A stretch of 62,839 nucleotides of DNA, filler included, from Calcarisporiella thermophila CBS 279.70 (taxonomy: Eukaryota; Fungi; Calcarisporiellomycota): assembly GCF_041956535.1 (NCBI RefSeq). It is 4 parts of 3 records of this genome, joined end to end, with 100 filler letters (N's around TTAATTAATTAA, not from the genome) between each part and the next. Parts side by side here need not be neighbours in the genome. Positions count along the whole stretch, not along the records: positions 18,429 to 45,114 come from NW_027192219.1; positions 45,215 to 58,500 come from NW_027192192.1; 2 more parts are not named here. One strand, 5' to 3'. Under the pieces are notes generated by a model. The model saw only the letters and a program-made list of their open reading frames with translations. It had not been told where the DNA came from and searched no databases. This document shows, in pieces, positions 35,560 to 46,382 of the stretch. Made by a program: the position numbers and the translations under genes. The first letter of the stretch is position 1, and each line of letters starts with the position of its first letter.

Positions 35560-36095
35560 TGCGGGTAGGAATTTTCTAAGGGCCGCGTGTTTAGGTTAGT
35601 AACACAACTCGGCCACTTGGTCATCGAGCTCGGGATGGCCGAATCCGACAGGGAAAACACGGACTTATCACCCACATCTCCTGAAAACAGAGCGGCCGTT
35701 GAACATTAAGGGGCCAAGGCCAAACAGAGGGCTCGACAAGGAAGCTAATTCTGGAAGCGGGTACAAATCAGCAGCCGCGGCCTTAGGCCCTAGAGTCCCG
35801 GTTGTAGCGGTAGGAGAATTGTGCACGGTTATACTTCCAAGCAATCGGAGTAGGGCGGCCCTCCCGCTTGCCTTATTATCCTTTAAACTCGGGAGGATTT
35901 AGGTTGCGCAACATATCAACTGAGCGAGGGTACTTCATCGGCCAAACCGAGCGTGGAAGAAGGAACAAAAATCCTTCGTTCCCAGTTCTGGCTCCAAAGT
36001 GTCGTCAAACCGTCCGGAGCAAGCAGGGAGCAACAGAGAAGGTGAGAACGGGCCGGCTGTGGCAGTTTAGAAGCATATCTTGTGCCGTAACCTGA
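35560..36095. ncRNA. Candidate structured noncoding RNA (family unassigned)
   Basis: GC-rich intergenic stretch with no credible ORF. It contains several stems: GGCCG.GTGTT/AACAC..CGGCC, GGTCATC/GATGGCC, TACTTCCAA/TCGGAGTA, CTCCCG/CGGGAG, GAAGGA/TCCTTC and GCTCC/GGAGC. Confidence 0.35.
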
Positions 36096-36405
36096 AAACA
36101 AAGAGAACCCATTCTTTTGATTACCCATTTCTTTAATGCATTCTCGTTGGTCGAGAATCTTGTGTTTTCGGTATTCCTCGTGCTATTCTTAGTGTTGGCC
36201 TCCTCTTCATCCCCCCTCTTCTCCCATTATTGTTCATTGAAAACAAACAAGGCTTGAACAAACATTACTTGAAACTGTAACGATTCAAACCTCCGCATTA
36301 CAAAGTGAAAAAGGAGGGGAAGGCGTGGAATGTCCATCCCATCCGCCTCCGATTCCGTTGGTTTCTTCTACTCTTATCCTACCTGTTTTTATTCATTCCA
36401 TTCGA

Positions 36406-37254
36406 ATGTCCTGTTACGATCCTCTCGGCATTGCATACAAGCTCGATGATTCTGTTGCCCGCCAGGCGGCGGAGGCACAACAAAACCTTCAGCACGAACG
36501 CTATCAGCTGTTGGAGGCTGCCGCCCTTCGCCAATATTCCATCACTGTTGATCCGGACGGCCCGGGAAATAGACTTATCGCCATCGGAGCCACGGTTTTG
36601 CGGGTGTTGTGGCTGGAGGGAGACGAGATAGACGCAGCGCTGGCGAGAGCAGAGTCAAACCAAAACTGCAGGGAAGGAGGCGTGCTCTACCTAACCGGCG
36701 AGGGCGTGTTCTGGTGCATTGTGGAGCGATGGCACCAGAGGGGCTGTGAAGTGAAGAAGGAGAAGCCTTCGATCGAGGCGATACTGGGAGACGTCAGAGC
36801 GAAGCGGGATAAGAGCTCCGTGCCGTGCATGTTCTTCTCGACCCCCTTTGGCTGTCTGCAGATGCAAATTGGGCGCGAGTGCCCCTTCCGTCATATGCAC
36901 GAGCACCGTTTACGCTGCCGGAATCTGGTGTTCACGGAGCGGCTCGAGCGACTGGGAGGATTCACCCTCCGAGAGCGCCAGCAGTTCGCACGCAGAGCAA
37001 TGCGGCGCATGGAGATCCTAATTGGACGATGCCCCACCGAGGAAGAGATTGATGCCCACGTCGAGCTGTATATTCACCTAGCAAGATGCTTTTGTGGATA
37101 CTGTGAGAAGCCCGAAGTCCCCGGGAGAGCGGTATTTCGACAATGCAAGAAATGCAGGAGGGTGTGGTATTGTTCGAGCGCTTGTCAACGCGCGGACTGG
37201 TGGCGACATTGGAAGGCGTGTACGCCGTGGGAGAAGTTTGTATACCGTGAATGA
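36406..37254 (+). CDS. CCCH-type plus MYND zinc-finger protein
   Basis: CMFFSTPFGC..ECPFRH (CCCH-like) and CGYC...CKKCRRVWYCSSACQRADWWRHWKAC (MYND). Intronless and GC-rich. Confidence 0.8.
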   Translation: MSCYDPLGIAYKLDDSVARQAAEAQQNLQHERYQLLEAAALRQYSITVDPDGPGNRLIAIGATVLRVLWLEGDEIDAALARAESNQNCREGGVLYLTGEGVFWCIVERWHQRGCEVKKEKPSIEAILGDVRAKRDKSSVPCMFFSTPFGCLQMQIGRECPFRHMHEHRLRCRNLVFTERLERLGGFTLRERQQFARRAMRRMEILIGRCPTEEEIDAHVELYIHLARCFCGYCEKPEVPGRAVFRQCKKCRRVWYCSSACQRADWWRHWKACTPWEKFVYRE

Positions 37255-37558
37255 TTAGACGATGTATACCTTATATATTCCATTACGGAGATAGTCTATG
37301 TGCATGTATTTATTTCTTACTGCTTGCTTTACGGTTCATACTGTTTTTCTATATTTTCTTCTGTAAAACTTATTTGCAATAGAATTGTTTTTTTTCTTTT
37401 CCTATAATATCTAGGTCTACTAGATGGAGATGCGGAATGTATGATATTTCAGAAACTAGCTAAAATATTTTTTTTCGCGTTTTTTTATCAATTCGGATTT
37501 GGACATTCTCAGCAGCCGACATAGAGGAATAAAAAAAAAAGCATCACAGATAATATTA

Positions 37559-39450
37559 ATGCCTCGCAAGAAAAGACAATCAACCCCTAATCCATCCCAA
37601 TCCAAAGCCCCTTCCAACCCAACTCATTCCGACGCCCCTGTTCCCGTGCCCAGCAATAATGTTCCCACTCCTTCTAAATTAGGTCCAAGCGATTCTCCAA
37701 TTACTCGCCTCCTTTCCTTTCTCTCCTCCCTTGGTCTTAGCGAAGCATACATTCTATTTGTCGTGCTCGCAATCGCATGGTGCATCCGCGCTGCAGTAGG
37801 CCTCTGGCCTTACTCAGGTAAGAATACACCGCAGCATATTCAAGTTTGGTCTCGTGAGGTCATCTCTGCTATTAACAAAATAGGCGAAAATACTCCTCCT
37901 CTTTATGGTGATTTTGAGGCTCAGCGACATTGGATGGAATTGACGCTTCATGTGCCTATCAATCAATGGTATTTTCACGATCTTAAATGGTGGGGACTTG
38001 ACTACCCTCCATTAACCGCCTATATCAGTTGGGTGTGTGGCGTAGTGTGAGTGTCTTTACTTGTAATGCAACCATTCCTAGTGCCAATGGGCGTATCTCA
38101 TTGCTTTAGAGGATCCTGGATAAACCCCGCTTGGTTTGCTTTGTACGATTCACGGGGCCTAGAAGGCCCTGAGTTGAAGCTCTTTATGAGAACATCGGTC
38201 ATACTTCTCGAGTTCATGATATACGTGCCGGCGGTCATCGGCTTCGTTCGAAGATGCTCAAAGAAACGTGACGTAAACACCAATGCAAATATATTGCTAC
38301 TACTATTGCAACCGTCGCTGCTAATTATTGACCACGGACACTTCCAGTAACTGCATTATTTCACGCTTACATTTTGGACATTTCCCTAAGCGCTCTAATG
38401 ATCCTAATTAGGTATAATACCGTGATGTTAGGATTAACCCTGTGGGCAATTAATTTTATTCATGACGGCCGCTTTATTGCAGGCAGCATCGCCTTCTGTC
38501 TCTCTCTTGCATTCAAACAGATGGCACTCTACTACGCCCCCGTCATTTTTTTCTTCCTGCTCGGCAAATGCTTCTCTCTGTCGCCCTCGGCTGGGCTGCG
38601 CCTCTTTTCACAGCTTGGTCTCACAGTTTTGGCTACCTTCGGGGTCGTGTTTTCACCCTTCCTTCGACCAGACCAGCTGGCTCAAGCCATCCACCGAATA
38701 TTCCCAGTAGCCCGCGGATTATACGAAGATAAAGTAGCCAATCTATGGTGTGCGGCCAATGTCATCATTAAGATCAGGGATCTGCTCAGTCAGGAGGCCT
38801 GCATGAAGTTGAGTTTAGCGGCCACCTTATTGGCAATATCCCCCTCTTGCTTTGATATTTTTCGACGGCCCAACTTTGAGCGCCTACCCATGGCCCTCTC
38901 CGGATCGGCGTTAGCTTTTTTCCTCTTTTCTTTTCAAGTGCATGAGAAGAGCATTTTATTGCCTCTTCTTCCTGCCTTGCTGATGAGCGTGGTTACAAAA
39001 AATGACGATAAATGGGCAGGGATAGACAGAGATATCATTGCATGGTATAATAATTTGGCGATGTTCAGCATGTATCCGCTGTTGCAGCGAGAACAGCTTA
39101 TCATTCCTTATGCTGCTCTATTGTCCGTCTGGGTTTGGGCGGGAAAAAACTACCCAAGACATTCTCCACCTTGGACAAGAGGGGCTTTATGGGTAAGCCA
39201 TTCCATTTTATTGAAAGAGGTTTCGATGCAGTGTTAATGATAGTGTTATAAGCTCTCCTACGCGTGGATGGTCCTTTGGCATTTTTTGGAGGCCACCATT
39301 CCCCCGCCCCCACGATATCCCGACTTCTACACAGTACTTAATGTCATCTCAAGCTTTGGATGCTTCGGGGTGGTGTGGTTGTATTTCGTGGCAAGACAGC
39401 TATTTTCTTCACAACCGGTAAAACCTGCAAAGAAGAAAAAGCGATCCTAA
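37559..39450 (+). CDS. ALG6: Dolichyl-PP-Man9GlcNAc2 alpha-1,3-glucosyltransferase
   Basis: YSG..PPLYGDFEAQRHWMELT, WGLDYPPLTAY, IDHGHFQYN, FKQMALYY, RIFPVARGLYEDKVAN, FSFQVHEKSILLP and a C-terminal lysine-rich ER-retention-like end. Four introns. Confidence 0.95.
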
Positions 39451-40319
39451 TCCTTGGGAGGGTCAGAGGATGGGTGACGAGAAGAATGGGCAAACTCCTC
39501 GGTGAGGGCGTGGATGAGATCCCGGTGAATCTAGTGTAATAAAGTTCAAAACATTGTGAGCAAATAGATTGTATTCGGATAACATGGCAGAGAGTGAAAT
39601 AGTAAGGGAAACAAATGGTTTAGTACCTCTAAAGGGGTGCGTTTAGTAATACGGATTTTGCGATAAGACCTCCTTCGCCGTCGGCGATCTCGCTGCTCAG
39701 CGAGTTTCTCAATCTCGGATTTAGCATATGCTTGCTGCGTTTCTATATATACCAGGTTACTCTTTGCACTCCTCTCCATAATAACCTCTGATCCTTTACC
39801 TTTCATCGCCTCCATCTTTTCCACCATATCATCAATGCCTTGGTGAATTTCAAAGCGCTCCCTGTCATTTCGCACTTTCTTTGATGCTTCGATGGTGGAA
39901 GCATAATCGGAGAGCCTGTCAATGACCTCAGAAGTGGGAACTGGAAAATGATGAACTTGATTCAGCGACGACTGATCCGATTGAACCAATTTGGCGTCTT
40001 TTGAAAATGAAATCACCGCGGGGGCATGTCGGTAAAAAAACAATGAACTCGGTGGCTCTTTCTCCTGCTCTTGACATTGCCTCGACTTATTTTGAGCCTG
40101 AGGAGCAGTAGGTGAGCGATCCTTCAAGATCATATGATTAAAACATAGTTCAATATAAAAAAAAAAAAAAAAAAAAACAGAATTCTGGTGAATTACCAGC
40201 TGCTCCCGTAGATCTTCCAGATTCCAGTTCAAATGCTTTAAAAGGTCATCTATCTTGCTCTCATAGAACGCAATATCTTTAGATAGAGAGTTGAGAAATT
40301 CTTTTTTTGATTCTGTCAT
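39447..40319 (-). CDS. SNRNP48: U11/U12 snRNP 48-kDa protein-like (minor spliceosome)
   Basis: C-terminal KSEIEKLAEQRDRRRRRRSYRK..ITKRTPLE|IHRDLI...TEEF matches the 48K signature (LAE.RDYKRRRQSYR..ITK.S..EV.RD.I). The N-terminal helix ends in LNW. The last exon follows a GT-AG intron. Confidence 0.7.
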
Positions 40320-40431
40320 AGAATCCTGCAAGGATGCGATTTCGGTTTATATTATATTTATAAATATAAATCAAGTCAAAATACAAAATCGTTCTTGCCA
40401 CCGAACGCTAAGCATGCAATCCTCATAACAC

Positions 40432-43427
40432 ATGAAACAATCTTACTTGTTCCCATTACTTTTCCTTATTTCCCTTCAATTCGCGGGACTCACTCTTTTT
40501 GCCCGTGGTTTCTTCCCGTATAAAACGTATGTTCCCGGCTTTGCAAGTGTCGATGATACTCCACCGCTTCCGAACGGGGTGAAGCCGGAGGGAGGAATCG
40601 GTCAAGAACCAATTTTTGGACGAATGGTGTTCATGCTTGTGGATGCCCTAAGAAAGTAAGTCATCGATTACATTTCCATTTTCCCTTCAGAGATAGTTTA
40701 ATAACTTGGGTCTGATGGCTAGCGATTTTGTTTTTGGGCCCGACTCTGGAATGCTCTTTGTCAAGAAGTAACGTTTTCATTAAAAACCCCAATAATATTA
40801 TCCCGCAAACTCACAATGTATATGATACATTAGTCTTATTGCCAACAACACTGCTCTTCCGTTTACTGCGATTGCCTCCGCCCCAACTGTAACGCTCCCC
40901 CGAATTAAATCACTTACTACCGGTACTATTCCAAGCTTTCTCGACGCGATTCTTAACATTGCCGAGTCGGACACCTCATCATCGCTTGCCTACCAGGACA
41001 ACTGGGTGCATCAGCTTTGGAGTATGGGAAAGAAAATTAACTTTTACGGAGATGACACGTGGCTCAAGCTTTTTCCAGGAATGTTCAAGAGATGGGAGGG
41101 AACAAGTTCATTCTATGTGACGGTAATAACATTTTTGTGAATTAGATGGGTGCCCAATATACTCAATAGCAATAATATGGCCTCTGCCAGGATACAGTGG
41201 AAGTCGATCTTAATGTGACACGTCACCTTCCCGGTGAACTAGCCCGTGCCGACTGGGATGTGCTGATCCTCCACTACCTCGGCCTGGACCATATTGGCCA
41301 CAAGGATGGTCCATCTAGTCCTCTTATGCTACCCAAGCAACGGGAAATGGATACCGTGGCACGCAATATCTATGAAACTCTATTGCGCCAAGACGAGGAG
41401 CGGAAATCGAGAGGTGAGAAACCGACTCTTTTCGTGTTGTGCGGAGATCACGGGATGAACGAAGTTGGCAATCATGGAGGATCCTCTCTCGGCGAGGTTT
41501 CAACTGTAAATTCGACTCGAACCCTTTTTCATTTTGTATCGTGCTAATCCGCGTGCTTTGGGTGAAATATCCTCTGCTATTAGGCACTCGTGCTCATGAG
41601 CAATGAGTTCAAAAACATAGGCTTCGCACATCACCGCACCATTGATCAATACGATATTGTCCCTACGCTTTCTCTCCTCCTTGGTCTGCCCATCCCTCAG
41701 AACAATCTCGGCCTGCTAGTTCCTGAGCCCTTCGCAGGGCACGACCTCTTGCGTGCCATGCAAATCAATGCGGCTCAGCTTAGTAAAGTGGTTCAATCAC
41801 GCTGGGAGAATTTCGATGTACTAGTAAAGAAGGAGGCTGGAGAAAAGTGCGAGACCAAAAGTGAAGATGGAGAAAAATTGGCGTGTTTGTACCGGGGTGC
41901 GCTGAATCATCACCTCAACTCACTGAGCGGAGACACAGCTAGAGGTGATGAAGCCATGCTAGCCTATAGAGAGTTTTCTGCGCTTGCAAGCTCTCTTCTT
42001 TCCCGGACTGCTAGCAACTATGACTTAGTTGGCATGTTTCAGGGCATCTTTCTGCTCATTACCGCTGCCATTGGGCTCACCTATTTCTCTTTTACTCAAG
42101 CTCGCAAACCCGCTCTCTCCGCGGACAAGGGCTTTATGCTGGAGACTAGATTGTTCAATGGGGCCTTGTTGGCATACTTGGTTTCCTTATTTGGGAGCAG
42201 CTACATTGAAGAAGAGCATTTGTTTTTTTATTATTTAACAGGAAGTCTATGGCTCGTCCATTTCTTGGCTAGTGTAAAGCATGCAAGAAAAGAGAAAGGG
42301 TACCGGATATCATGGTATATACCAATAGCACAGATGGGTGTGCTGAGGATTCTGAGGAGTTGGAATCAAACCGGTAAAATTCCTGTGCAGCTAAGCTTGG
42401 AAATGTATAATCCATTAATGTTCGGTTAATATAGGCCAGAAAAGAGCGGGTAACATTGACATTCGCCACCACCTCACCACCACCCATACCCCCCTTCTCT
42501 GGGCGCTATTTTTATTTACCCTTACACTTATCCCATTTCTCACCTGCAAACTTGCCTTCAAACGCATACCTCGTCGAGTCCCACGCATTCCCGTTACCCT
42601 GGTTTTCAGCCTAACAATTGGGGTATCTCTGCTCATAACAGTCTATAAAATTGGAACAGACAGCGTATTAGAAATGTGGATAACAGCGAAGCAGAGGCTA
42701 TGGCTAGCATGGCTAGTATACGTGTGTATCGGAGCACTAACGCTATGTATAGGGTGCATCAGGTGGCAATGCAGAAGAGAGAAGGATATTATTGAACGGC
42801 AAAAAGGCATGTGTACTAGATTTCCATATATATCTTTTTTTCTTGTCGCATTAATGGTCTCTCTTTGCAGTTTCCGAGCTATTGTCAATTCTAGCCCTTT
42901 CCACTACAACCCTTTTCCTTACCCTGCTCTCACGCCCGCATAACGCCCCCCTCTTTTTGCTCTTCATGGCCCAACTCTTCCTCTACCGCAGCTATCTCCA
43001 ATATTCCCCCGATCGTCCGCCCCACCTTCATGCTGCCACCTTCCTAACCCTCGCTCACACTTCATTTTACGCTTTGGGCAACTCCAATTCCCTCGCAAGT
43101 ATTGACCTCAACAACGCCTATATCGGAATCAGCGGATACACCAATGCGGTCGGAGCGCTAACTTTCATCTCCAACTGGGCAGGGCCGATTTGGTGGACGG
43201 TAGGGTGGGCTCTTGGGGTAGGAGAAACAAATGGGTATTTGTTTAGGTCCAGTTTCTTTTCGCTGGCGCTCGCCGCGCTCTCCGTATCCGTTCTGGTGCT
43301 GAGGGAGCATCTTTTTATTTGGACCGTGTTCTCCCCGAAATACCTGTACCAGGCAAGCTGGAGCGTTTTGTATCACGGGATAGTCGGTGGTATGGTTGCA
43401 ATCCTTGGCCACCTCTTAAAATTATGA
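40432..43427 (+). CDS. GPI7: GPI ethanolamine phosphate transferase 2 (PIG-G/Gpi7)
   Basis: FARGFFPYK, MLVDALR, PTVTLPRIKSLTTGTIPSFLDAILNIAE, FYGDDTWLKLFP, HYLGLDHIGH, CGDHGM..GNHGG, SSYIEEEH, GNSNSLASIDL and LREHLFIWTVFSPKYLY. Confidence 0.95.
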
Positions 43428-43919
43428 TGCCGAATTTAATAGAATGAATCATGAGATATACATTGGAAAGCTGCTTTCACTTCTAAACCCAGAATCAGGC
43501 CAGTGCTCCTCATTCGTCCAACTGGCGTAGAAGCAGGATAGAATTCGAACTAGTTCCATAAATATTCAAAAGGTTACGTGAATGTTTTTCCGCCATTCTT
43601 TCTGGTAACCACTTCCTTTTGGGAACCATGACTAAAAAAATGGGATTTTCTGTTTCAAGCATGGAACCTTTCCTGATCGAGTTAAATTCTAAAAAAATTC
43701 GATTTGAAAACATCGAGAAATTTTTTTTCGATAACACATTTCCCATCTGGTCCGGGTCACAAATGCAATAAGAGAACGCCATTTTACTTAACCGTCGATT
43801 TTTGTGAAAAACTGTTTGTCTTCCGGAATCAATCCCAGTTTGAAAAAGTAGAATTGAGGAAGACGGCTTCGCCCAATTCGATAATCTCGCTTGTCGCCGA
43901 GAATTTTGCCAACAGCATT

Positions 43920-44036
43920 ATGACTCACCCAAACTCCCGTTGTTCACAGCGCAACTCCTGCTACTGCTCTGAATGCAAGCGACAGTTCAAATCCTGGTAC
44001 GAGTTCCTCGGACACAAGGTACTTCCATGCACATAA
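43920..44036 (+). CDS. Possible 38-aa zinc-finger microprotein
   Basis: MTHPNSRCSQRNSCYCSECKRQFKSWYEFLGHKVLPCT has C-x2-C-x3-F-x8-H-x4-C spacing. Confidence 0.35.
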   Translation: MTHPNSRCSQRNSCYCSECKRQFKSWYEFLGHKVLPCT

Positions 44037-45114
44037 TCAAGCATGGCTAGAGCAAGCAATTGCTTACTCGTTCTTATTCATAGTGTACAAGGCCTGTCGT
44101 TGTATAACGAGCTAGATATCAGTGCACTTATAAATTTCACCTAACCTATTTGTCATTCAACGTGTTTACTCTGTATTCTTAAAATTACCTCTTTATACTG
44201 TATTCTCTACCACCTGGACCCCTTTAGTCTTCTTGACGGGGCTAAGGATATCATAATCGATGGTGTCGTTAGGAAACTGCAAATGCGATATATGTGCAGA
44301 TTGTCCCCCCCCCCCCCGCCTTTGACATTCATCATCACCTTGTATGATTTGCTCATGGATCTCCCTCATGTTTATATATATATATTAATATAAAAAATTT
44401 TATGTGTTGCTCAGAGTGTGAATGTCGAGTCATTAAGTTAGATATCGTTTTTGATTGTAAGACTAACAGCAAAGGGCGGTTGCCTTCGATCTAGGAGGCA
44501 CGAGATGAGCTCGGTGGCATGCTGAAAATTTCTAATAGCTCTTTCAGGATGAGATATTGGTACCTAATCATTTCCAATATATAGTGTGTGTACTGACTTA
44601 TTTCGACTTAGAGGAAGGAAGAAAATCGAGTTAGGGTTGTTGATTGTTATCACTGCAGTTATAGTTGGGAGGTGTAAATGGTTAGAAAATATTGAGAGTG
44701 CCTAGTTGACCGTGTAAAATGCTCAGAATAACGAATAGCAATAGAAGAGGTTGGATGTCTAAAGTATATATCGTTTAATTTTAGGCCACTTAGAATTCAA
44801 ATTCCATCATATATACAAGTAGGGAAAAATGTGTCACAGTGTTTTAACAATTTTTCTTTGGATGCTCAATTCTCCTGGATGGATGGAATATTATACAAGT
44901 GCCTTTATTATTAAACACTGGAGGATCTACACTATATGCTGTTCCACCCGCTACCCCGGTTATATATGCATTTCTTGTAAAACTAGGAAATCGTTGAATA
45001 GCACCCCGAATTTATGGGAAATTGATAACTTTATAAATGCCGATGTGTGCCAAAGATACCCAAATATTTTTTATATCCTCTCCACCATTCCATCTAAATA
45101 TTTTTTATTACAAC

Positions 45115-45214
45115 NNNNNNNNNNNNNNNNNNNNNNNNNNNNNNNNNNNNNNNNNNNNTTAATTAATTAANNNNNNNNNNNNNNNNNNNNNNNNNNNNNN
45201 NNNNNNNNNNNNNN
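45115..45214. other. Artificial contig-joining spacer
   Basis: N44-TTAATTAATTAA-N44. Confidence 0.95.
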
Positions 45215-46382
45215 CCGCAGTCTATTCCCAAGAGGTCAGGCTTGATTCCTCTGGAACACTAGATAGCGTAGTATATTGATGCAGTGCTTACGTGAAATGT
45301 TTATGATTCCTATATGTGAGATTGTGTTAGACAAACAATGTGGAGCGAAAAAGCCATCACTGGTGGTTTGTGCAAGCATCATCAAAAATTCAATGCACAT
45401 CCAAAGCTTGTTTTTATGAAACTCTTAATGATCTGACTTGCAAAAGCACTTTATATCTAGTTGATTGATTGCTCTGATGACAGATATATTTTTGTTATTG
45501 ATAACCGATATGTAGCAACCTAATGGATTGCAAATTTAAGCCGCTTCCGAGACTCTGATATAATGATTTGCACTCCTATTGAATTCGCTCCTAGAATATT
45601 GTAAAATTAAATGTTTCAGTGCCGCTTGTTTGATTTGATCCGTTTTATATCCATCCATAAAACAGGTAATCTCGTCATCGATAATTTTATGCGGCATTGA
45701 TATAGCATGTAGGTCAATCGATGTTTAAACCAAAATTGAACCCTAATCTTTTTCTTTTATCACATAAGCGTTTCAAATGGAATTTTGGCTTGGGAATGAA
45801 TTCTTGTTCTGTGGCAAAAATTAAATATTGCCTAGCCACGAGTTCAGCTCAAATTTTACAATGAAGCAAACGTATATTTCAAACATCACTTCAACAAAAC
45901 GATACTAAACTTATATATGATATCATTAAAGTGGGTCCCATGCAGCCTTTTCAAATTTAGAGAAAAATAACAATAGATATTAGTATTTGTAGATACTTGG
46001 GTAAGCAATAGTGATAGTATTCTTCGAGAATTTCAGTGTAATAATCATTTTCAATTACAATCGTTAAAATGCTGATTTTATATGAAATTTAAAATTGAAA
46101 ACACTTTACTCTTATTTTTTTTTAATAAAATGACCATATTTTCCATCATTCAGAGTCTAGTAATCAGACAGTTTAAATTACTAACTAAATAAAAAGGTGT
46201 AGTGAGGTTAAAAGTTTGGTATGCATAAACTATTGATCCTTCAGTATATCTCATGGCCGGCCAAACTCTGTATAAAAATATAATAAATTTATCGAAGTTA
46301 CATTCTGCGTCAAACTGTTATCATAAAGAGTGGTGTTCTATTTGAACTAATTAAACCCCAATATATTTCAGGTCATTGGACT

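Noticed and set aside
35440-35670. snR30/U17 or RNase P/MRP identity for the structured region
   Set aside because: Minus-strand AAATTCCTA only approximates the m1 motif and there is no AAACCAT. ACACGGACTTA has no upstream pairing partner for P4.
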